Source: Actinomycetota bacterium (GTDB lineage: Bacteria > Actinomycetota > Acidimicrobiia > Acidimicrobiales > CADCSY01). From it: DNA of 64,000 nucleotides. The stretch's first letter is position 1, and each line of letters starts with the position of its first letter. A model generated the notes under the pieces. It saw only the letters and a list, made by a program, of their open reading frames with translations, did no database searches and had not been told where the DNA came from. Below, piece by piece: positions 57,941 to 64,000 of the stretch. The stretch is from contig JADDQY010000076.1 in assembly GCA_016781135.1 (NCBI GenBank), positions 48,632 to 112,631 on the forward strand, read 5' to 3'. Both the position numbers and the translations under genes were made by a program.

Positions 57941-58726
57941 CTACCGGAGCGCAGCCCGAGCTCGGCGGCCACGTCGCCGGCGTGGCGCAGCGGTCAGCGA
58001 TGCTCGCCGGGTGCGGCGCAGCCGCTCGCCTACGCCCCAGCGCGTGACCAACACGAAGGCTTCGAGCACGATCAGCAACGACATCTTGGAGGTGCCCCGG
58101 GTGCGCTCGACGAAGTGAATGGGCAACTCGAGGACGCGGCCTCCGAGGCGGGAGATGCGGTAGGCCATCTCGATCTGAAATCCGTAGCCCTCGGCGTTGA
58201 CCTCGTTCAGGTCGAGCTGGCCGAGGGCTTCGGCGTCGTAGGCCCGAAAGCCCGAGGTGGCATCGGCGACGTCGAGGCGCAGGAGCCGGGCGGCGTAGCG
58301 GTTCCCCCAGCGCGACAGCAGGCGTCGACGGAGCGACCAGGCCGGGATGCGCCCCCCGGGGACGTACCTCGAGCCGATCACCAGCGCCGCCCCCTCCTCG
58401 AGCGCGCCGAGCATCGCCGGCAACACGGCGGGGTCGTGGGAGAGGTCGCTGTCCATCTCCACCAGCGCCCGGTAGCCCCCGGCCAGGCCCTCTCGGAACC
58501 CGGCCCGGTAGGCACCGCCCAGGCCCGACTTCGCCGGCCGGACCATGACGTTGACCCGTCCGAGCTCGGCGCCCACCGCCTTGGCCACCTCGGCGGTCCC
58601 GTCGGGGCTCGAGTCGTCGACCACGAGCACGTCGGCCTCAGGTACGGCTGCCCGTAGGCGGCGAAGGACCTCCTCGAGGTTCTCGGCCTCCTGGTAGGTC
58701 GGCAGGATGACCAGCGTCGGCTTCAT
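57941..58726 (-). CDS. ppm1: Polyprenol-phosphate mannose synthase (GT2, Ppm1/DPM1-like)
   Basis: It contains LVILPTYQEAENLEEVL, LVVDDSSPDGTAE, VEMDSDLSHDP, GSRYVPGG and SGFRAYD. Confidence 0.88.
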   Translation of the reverse strand: MKPTLVILPTYQEAENLEEVLRRLRAAVPEADVLVVDDSSPDGTAEVAKAVGAELGRVNVMVRPAKSGLGGAYRAGFREGLAGGYRALVEMDSDLSHDPAVLPAMLGALEEGAALVIGSRYVPGGRIPAWSLRRRLLSRWGNRYAARLLRLDVADATSGFRAYDAEALGQLDLNEVNAEGYGFQIEMAYRISRLGGRVLELPIHFVERTRGTSKMSLLIVLEAFVLVTRWGVGERLRRTRRASLTAAPRRRRGRRARAALR

Positions 58727-58852
58727 GGCGCCCCACCCGCGGCCGACCGGAGTGCGGGGGGCTCCACCTTGGGAAGCTAGCGCGGGGAGAGGCCTTGCTC
58801 GTCGCCACGGTCACGCCCGGCAGGTGGTGTAGGCGACGGTCATCGCGTCGGC

Positions 58853-58997
58853 CTAGTGGACGACCCGGGTGTGCTGGGCCCACACGACGCGGCGCCGGGC
58901 TGCTGGAAGATCGTGCGCACGAGCGTGGCGACCATCGACTGGGCGGACTTCGGGACCCGGGTCAACAGGGCGCGCTTGTAGTGCGTGCGGCATCTTG
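58853..58997 (-). pseudogene. IS256-family (mutator-type) transposase, short internal/C-terminal remnant
   Basis: On the minus strand, ...RCRTHYKRALLTRVPKSAQSMVATLVRTIFQQPGAA matches the conserved CxxHFxRNLL..VPK....VA..LRTIF.QPD block. A frameshift then leads to ...VVWAQHTRVVH*. There is no N-terminal or DDE region. Confidence 0.6.
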
Positions 58998-59320
58998 CAA
59001 GCCCCCGTGAGCGTCGAGGCGATCGTCCATCTTGTTGTTGACCACCGCGTTCTTCCTCTCGCTCGTCTTCGCAAGGACTGCAAGAGGCTGACGCGGTGGT
59101 CATCGCGTCCGGGGGACCTCCGCCCGCTGCACCACTACCTGGGACGCAACTGTCGACCGCGCCACGCAGTGTTCCGCTCTGGCTCGCTAGAGTGCGTGCG
59201 TACCGGCGCCAGCACAGCCACTGTTGTCGCATCCCGACTAGCTGCTGCACAACAGTCGCCGTGCACCTCCCACTGCGGGAGCGACGTCACAAGGTTCGAG
59301 TCACGTTCCAGGAGGGAAAC

Positions 59321-61126
59321 ATGCGCGGTCGGGCGACGGGCTGGGCGATTGGCGTGGTGCTGGCCCTTGCCTGCACCCTCGTCGCTCCCGAGGCGAGCGC
59401 CCAGGAGTCGGCCCAGTCGGCGCAGCGGTTGCGCGTGGCGATCCACAGCTACGAGAACAACCTGACGCCCTTCACCCTCACCCTGACCACCTTTCCGGTC
59501 ACCGCCGACATGGTGATGCTCGTGTACGACTCGCTGTTCTACTCACAGGCCAGCGAGGACCCCGAGCCGTGGCTGGCCGAGTCGGCGAGCGTTAGCGACG
59601 ATGCCAGAACCTGGACGGTCACCCTGCGTGAGGGGGTTACGTGGCATGACGGGCGGCCCCTGACGGCAGAGGACGTGGCCTTCAGCTTCGACTACTACCA
59701 GCAGCAGGCCGGTTCTTCCGGTCGTTACGCCCACCATGTGTTCGACGTGCCCGCCCTCGACCGTTCGGAGGTCGTCGACCAACGCACCATCCGGTTCCAC
59801 TTCAAGGATCCCGCGCCGCAGTTCGACATCATGCCCGGCGCCGACCTGCCCATCATCCCCAAGCACGCGTGGCAAGGCGTGACCGAGCCGAGCAAGGCCA
59901 CGTCCGAGCTCCCTGTCGGGTCGGGGCCCTACAAGCTCGTCGAGATGGTCTCGGACCAGCGCTACCGCCTGGTGGCCAACGAGGCCTACTTCAAGGGGCG
60001 GCCGACGGTCGACGAGATCGAGATGCCCGTGGTGAAGGACCCCGCTGCCGCTTTCGCCGCCCTAAGGACCGGTGAGGTCGGCTTCGTCACCCGCAACGTC
60101 CCCTCGGAGCTGGTGGGACAGTTCGGCGGCTCTTCGGGCGTGGCGGTCGCGGCCGCCACCAAGTTCGAGTCGACGCAGCTCAACTTCAACGCCCGCAAGT
60201 CCCCCTGGAACAGTGCTGCCGTGCGCAAGGCCATCAGCTTGGGCACCGACACCCAGGCCCTGGTCGACACCGTGCTCCTCGGCAGGGGACGACCCGGACG
60301 GGACGGCTTCCTCCACCCCGACTCTCCCTGGGCCATGCCCAACGGGAGGCACGAGCTCGACCGGGCCGAGGCCGAGCGCCTGCTCGACGAGGCGGGCTAT
60401 GCCGACAGGGACGCCGACGGGGTCCGCAGGGCGGCCGATGGCAGCCGCCTCGAGCTCAGCGTCTTGGTGTCGTCGTTCGAGCCCCAGGACCTCCGGGCGG
60501 TACAGCTCATGTCCCAGCAGCTCGAGCCCCTCGGGGTCCGGGTGGCCCCAGAGGCGCTCGACCCGGTCAGCCTGCGTCAGCGTCGTCAGGCGCCCCCTGG
60601 TCAGGTCCCGGGCTTCGACGCCTACATGTCGACCCTCGAGACGCACGCCCACGTCGACCCCGACGGGCTCTACTACTTCTTCCACTCCCCTGGACCGAAG
60701 GGCTTCGGCGGGGTGATCACCGGCTGGGGCAACCCTCGTTTCGACCAGCTGACCGAGCAGGCGGCGGTGAGCGGCAAGGACGAGCGCAAGCCGATGCTTC
60801 ACGAGGCGCAGGAGATCCTGGCCGAGGAGGCGCCGGCCATCGTGTTCTGGTACCGCAGCGGCGAGTGGGCCTACCGCCCCGACGCCTACTCCGGCTGGGT
60901 GCCCGACCCCGGCCAGGGGATCCTCGGCAAGCGCTCGTTCCTCCCCGAGTACGTCAGGGCCCGCAGCGTGGCCACCGGCGCCGGAGAGGGGTCGGCGGGT
61001 GAGGCGCCGGGCGACGCCGGCGGTGGGGGGGTGGGCCCGGCGCTGGCGATCGGTGCGGTGGTGGTGCTCGGCCTCGTCGGCGCCACCGTCGCCCGCCGTC
61101 GCCGGGTCGAGCCCGACGACGAGTAG
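59321..61126 (+). CDS. ABC transporter substrate-binding protein, family 5 (peptide/nickel type), with an extra C-terminal TM anchor
   Basis: GGAGGG lies 5 nt upstream of ATG 59321. The signal peptide is MRGRATGWAIGVVLALACTLVAPEASA. The SBP_bac_5 pattern is present (LAESASVSDDARTWTVTLREGVTWHDGRPLTAEDVAFSF). The C-terminus reads GGGGVGPALAIGAVVVLGLVGATVARRRRVEPDDE. Confidence 0.88.
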   Translation: MRGRATGWAIGVVLALACTLVAPEASAQESAQSAQRLRVAIHSYENNLTPFTLTLTTFPVTADMVMLVYDSLFYSQASEDPEPWLAESASVSDDARTWTVTLREGVTWHDGRPLTAEDVAFSFDYYQQQAGSSGRYAHHVFDVPALDRSEVVDQRTIRFHFKDPAPQFDIMPGADLPIIPKHAWQGVTEPSKATSELPVGSGPYKLVEMVSDQRYRLVANEAYFKGRPTVDEIEMPVVKDPAAAFAALRTGEVGFVTRNVPSELVGQFGGSSGVAVAAATKFESTQLNFNARKSPWNSAAVRKAISLGTDTQALVDTVLLGRGRPGRDGFLHPDSPWAMPNGRHELDRAEAERLLDEAGYADRDADGVRRAADGSRLELSVLVSSFEPQDLRAVQLMSQQLEPLGVRVAPEALDPVSLRQRRQAPPGQVPGFDAYMSTLETHAHVDPDGLYYFFHSPGPKGFGGVITGWGNPRFDQLTEQAAVSGKDERKPMLHEAQEILAEEAPAIVFWYRSGEWAYRPDAYSGWVPDPGQGILGKRSFLPEYVRARSVATGAGEGSAGEAPGDAGGGGVGPALAIGAVVVLGLVGATVARRRRVEPDDE

Positions 61127-61131
61127 CGCTC

Positions 61132-62115
61132 ATGGCCGGCCATGTGGCACGCACCGTGGCCCAATACCTGCTGGTGCTGTTCGCCGCCATCAGCTTGAAC
61201 TTCGCCCTGCCCCGGCTGGCCCCGGGCGACGCCGTCGACTACCTGCTGCCCCCCGAGCAGGCGGGGAGCCTCACCCCCGAGCAACGGACCCAGGTGCTGT
61301 CCCAGTTCGGCTTGGACGAGCCCCTCGCCACCCAGTTCGGCGACTACCTGTCGGGCCTGGCGCGGGGCGATCTGCTCTTCTCGGTCCGCTACGGGCGACC
61401 GGTGACCGAGCTGCTGGCCGAGCGGGTGGGCTGGTCGGCGCTCCTGGTCGGCGGAGCGGTGTTGCTGTCGACGGTCATCGGTGCCGTCCTCGGCTTCCGC
61501 TCCGCCTGGCGACGAGGCACCTCGCGCGACGCCGGGACCCTCACCGGCGTCATGCTCGTCGACTCGCTCCCGCCGTTCTTCGTCGGCATGGTGCTCATCC
61601 TCGTCTTCTCGGTGCAGCTCGATCTGTTCCCGATCTTCGGTGCGCTCCCGACCGTCGACACCTCGGGGCCCGCACTGGTCGGCGAGGTGATCAGGCGGTC
61701 GGTGCTGCCGTTGGTCACCCTGACGCTGGCGTACATCGGGCCCGTCTACCTGGTGGCTCGCTCCGCGCTGGTCTCCGAGCTCCAGGAGGACTACGTGCTC
61801 ATGGCCGAGGCCAAGGGCTTGAGCGACCGCCAGGTCCGCCGGCACGCCGAGCGCAACGCCCTGTTGCCGTTGTCCACCGTGACCTTGATCGGCCTCGGCG
61901 CCCTCGTCGGGGGGGCGGCGGTGGTCGAGACCGTCTTTTCGTACCCGGGTCTCGGACGCCTGATCTACGAAGCGGTGCTGGCCCGTGACTACGCCGTCCT
62001 CCAGGGGGCGTTCCTCCTGTTGGCCATCGGGGTGATCGTGGCCAATTTCGTCAACGACCTGCTGTACCCGTTGCTCGACCCCCGGGTGCGCCGACCTCGG
62101 GCGGCGACGGCGTGA
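61132..62115 (+). CDS. ABC transporter permease (DppB/OppB-like)
   Basis: The 327-aa product has about 6 TM segments and the EAA-loop region EDYVLMAEAKGLSDRQVRRHAERNALLP. Confidence 0.9.
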   Translation: MAGHVARTVAQYLLVLFAAISLNFALPRLAPGDAVDYLLPPEQAGSLTPEQRTQVLSQFGLDEPLATQFGDYLSGLARGDLLFSVRYGRPVTELLAERVGWSALLVGGAVLLSTVIGAVLGFRSAWRRGTSRDAGTLTGVMLVDSLPPFFVGMVLILVFSVQLDLFPIFGALPTVDTSGPALVGEVIRRSVLPLVTLTLAYIGPVYLVARSALVSELQEDYVLMAEAKGLSDRQVRRHAERNALLPLSTVTLIGLGALVGGAAVVETVFSYPGLGRLIYEAVLARDYAVLQGAFLLLAIGVIVANFVNDLLYPLLDPRVRRPRAATA

Positions 62116-64000
62116 CCGCTCCCGCCCCCCTCTCCGCGGTCGACGTTCCCGAGCCCCCGCCGGCGCCGATCGCGGCGGTGGCGGCCAAGGCGTCGCTGGC
62201 GCGGCGGCTCGGCGGCCTCGGTGCCGGTCTGCTCCTGTTCCTGGTCCTGGTCGCGTTGTTCGCACCGCTGATCGCCCGCCACGACCCCGACCTGCCCTCC
62301 GGGCTCCCGTACGAGTCACCGAGCCTTGCCCACCCCTTCGGCACCAACGACGTCGGTCAGGACCTCTTCGCCCAGCTCGTGTTCGGGACCAGGGTCTCCC
62401 TCACCATCGCCACCCTCTCGGCACTGGTGGCCCTCGGCGTGGGGCTGACCGTGGCCCTGCTGGCCGGCTACCACCGGGGGCGGGTGGAAGCGGCGCTCAT
62501 GCGCCTGGTCGACCTGATCCTCGCCTTTCCGTTCATGGTTCTGGTCATCGTGCTCGCCGCCTTCTTCGGACGGGGGCTGCTCACCACCGTCGTCATCCTC
62601 GCCGGCGTCATCTGGGCCCGTCCCGCCCGGGTGCTCCGCTCGCAGGTGCTGAAGGTCCGGGAGTATCAGCATGTCGTCGGGGCCCGAGCGATGGGCGCGT
62701 CGACCTCGCGCTGCATCTGCCGCCACGTGGTGCCCCGCATTGCCCCCCTCGCCGCCGCCCAGTTCGTCCGGGCGGCCAACATCGCCGTGCTCCTCGAAGC
62801 CTCGCTCTCGTTCCTCGGGCTGGGTGACCCGAACCGAGTGAGCTGGGGCACGATGCTGTACTTCGCCAACGCCAGGAACGCCTTCCTCACCGACGCCTGG
62901 CTCTGGTGGATCCTCCCGCCCGGCCTCGCCCTCACCGCCGCCATCCTCGGCTTCGCCTTCCTGGGCTATGCCATCGAGGAGCTCGCCGATCCTCGCCTGG
63001 CTCGTGCCGCGCCCCGCCACTCCCGCCGGGGTGCCCGCCGCCCGCCGGCCGTCACCCCGGCCGAGGGAGCCCATGCCGGCATGGTGCTGGAGGTACGCGA
63101 CCTCAGCGTCGAGTACCTGGCCGACCCACCGGTCCGGGCCGTCGACGGCGTCAGCTTCAGCGTCGGGCCGGGACGCGTGCTCGGCCTCGTGGGCGAGTCG
63201 GGGAGCGGCAAGAGCACGCTGGTCATGGCCCTGTTGGGCCTGCTGCGCCCGCCCGGCCGGGTCGTCGCCGGCAACGCCACCGTGAACGGGCGTGAGCTCG
63301 GCCGCCTGCACCGAGCAGCGGTGGCGCGAGTGCGGGGAAGGGAGATCGGCTTCATCCCCCAGAACGCCATGAACGCCCTCAACCCCGCCTATACCGTGCA
63401 CCACCAGGTCACCGAGGCGGCGGCGCTCACTCGAGACCTTTCGGCAGCGAGGCAGCGGGCGACCGAGGTGCTCGAGCTCGTCGGCATCCCCGCCCCCCGC
63501 CACCGCGCCTATCCCCACGAGCTCAGCGGTGGCATGCGCCAGCGGGTGGTGATCGCCATGGCGGTGACCAACGAACCCTCGTTGTTGGTGGCCGACGAAC
63601 CGGTCACCGGCCTCGACGTGGTGACCTCGGCCCGGGTCCTGCGACTCCTGCTCGAGCTGCGGGACCGCTTGGGCCTGTCCATCCTTCTCGTCTCCCACGA
63701 CCTGCCGCTCGTGGCCAGGGTTGCCGACGACCTGCTCGTCATGTACGGCGGCCGGATCGTCGAACGGGGTGGCGCCAAGGCGGTGACCGGCGCCCCCGCC
63801 CACCCCTACACCCGCCAGCTGCTCAGTGCCTTCCCCAGCCTGCGGGGGCCACGGCGACGGATGACGGGGTTGACCAGCGAGCCCACCGACCTCACCGCTC
63901 CGTCCGCTGGCTGTCCGTTCCACCCCCGCTGCCCCGACCGCGGCGAGGCCTGCCGTTGCACCCACCCGCCCCTGGTGGAGGTCGACGTCGGGCACGAGGC
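62112..64000 (+). CDS. Fused ABC permease (DppC/OppC-like) and ATP-binding domain (DppD/OppD-like); 3' end lies outside the window
   Basis: GTG 62112 overlaps the previous stop (GTGA). The permease part runs (HPFGTNDVGQDLFAQLVFG ... REYQHVVGARAMGAS ... FLGYAIEELADPRL). I translated codon by codon through to the NBD (MVLEVRDLSV ... GESGSGKST ... LSGGMRQRV ... LLVADEPVTGLD ... CPFHPRCP) and met no stop. The NBD ATG at 63081 is in frame (969 nt after 62112). The frame stays open to the window end. Confidence 0.8.
   Translation, partial: MTAPAPLSAVDVPEPPPAPIAAVAAKASLARRLGGLGAGLLLFLVLVALFAPLIARHDPDLPSGLPYESPSLAHPFGTNDVGQDLFAQLVFGTRVSLTIATLSALVALGVGLTVALLAGYHRGRVEAALMRLVDLILAFPFMVLVIVLAAFFGRGLLTTVVILAGVIWARPARVLRSQVLKVREYQHVVGARAMGASTSRCICRHVVPRIAPLAAAQFVRAANIAVLLEASLSFLGLGDPNRVSWGTMLYFANARNAFLTDAWLWWILPPGLALTAAILGFAFLGYAIEELADPRLARAAPRHSRRGARRPPAVTPAEGAHAGMVLEVRDLSVEYLADPPVRAVDGVSFSVGPGRVLGLVGESGSGKSTLVMALLGLLRPPGRVVAGNATVNGRELGRLHRAAVARVRGREIGFIPQNAMNALNPAYTVHHQVTEAAALTRDLSAARQRATEVLELVGIPAPRHRAYPHELSGGMRQRVVIAMAVTNEPSLLVADEPVTGLDVVTSARVLRLLLELRDRLGLSILLVSHDLPLVARVADDLLVMYGGRIVERGGAKAVTGAPAHPYTRQLLSAFPSLRGPRRRMTGLTSEPTDLTAPSAGCPFHPRCPDRGEACRCTHPPLVEVDVGHE

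Noticed and set aside
59293-59304. GGTTCGAgTCAC as an attR-like direct repeat of the tRNA-Val 3' end, marking an island boundary.
   Set aside because: Only 7+4 matching bases with an internal deletion match, which is roughly what chance predicts in 64 kb. It is mentioned only as a weak pointer.

Overview
This is a very GC-rich bacterial chromosomal segment. GC was judged by eye, not computed, and third codon positions in real genes are almost all G/C. Gene content and synteny look like Actinomycetota, but no finer taxonomy can be claimed without a search.

I can support about 55 protein genes, one tRNA-Val(GAC), one CIRCE operator, two Actinobacteria-type LexA boxes and two decayed IS fragments. 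No rRNA and no CRISPR array were found.

Most of the window is housekeeping:
- tsaE-tsaB-rimI-tsaD, then CIRCE-groES-groEL
- a GuaB3-like gene and guaA, a P450, and pcrA
- sucC-sucD-purN-purH-folD, metF, icd, lon and mdh
- sdhA-sdhB behind a padR-family gene
- a GH2 hydrolase and a ChlI-like AAA+/VWA pair
- imuA'-imuB ... otsA ... dnaE2
- a class-V aminotransferase and a Dpp/Opp-type ABC importer

The parts worth a second look are:
1. A 141-aa ORF is start/stop-coupled (TGATG) to imuB. Its roughly 70-aa module recurs twice in a poly-proline protein 25 kb away.
2. A tightly overlapping minus-strand cluster encodes a poly-Pro protein, a possible small TM peptide, a Thr/Asp tandem-repeat acidic ORF, a JmjC/cupin oxygenase and a sucrase/ferredoxin-like protein. 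It contains an unresolved frame conflict.
3. A ppm1 / Thr-Glu-repeat lipoprotein / pmt cassette lies in a segment next to tRNA-Val that is bracketed by IS481- and IS256-family remnants.
4. An ABC importer has a C-terminally anchored binding protein and an in-frame permease-ATPase fusion.
5. An orphan tadE/tadG-like pair sits beside tandem DUF4190-like genes.

All family assignments come from reading the translated ORFs for motifs and from gene context. No database search was run. Many start codons (GTG/TTG are common here) are uncertain by tens of bases. The many long ORFs antisense to real genes are treated as GC-driven artefacts.
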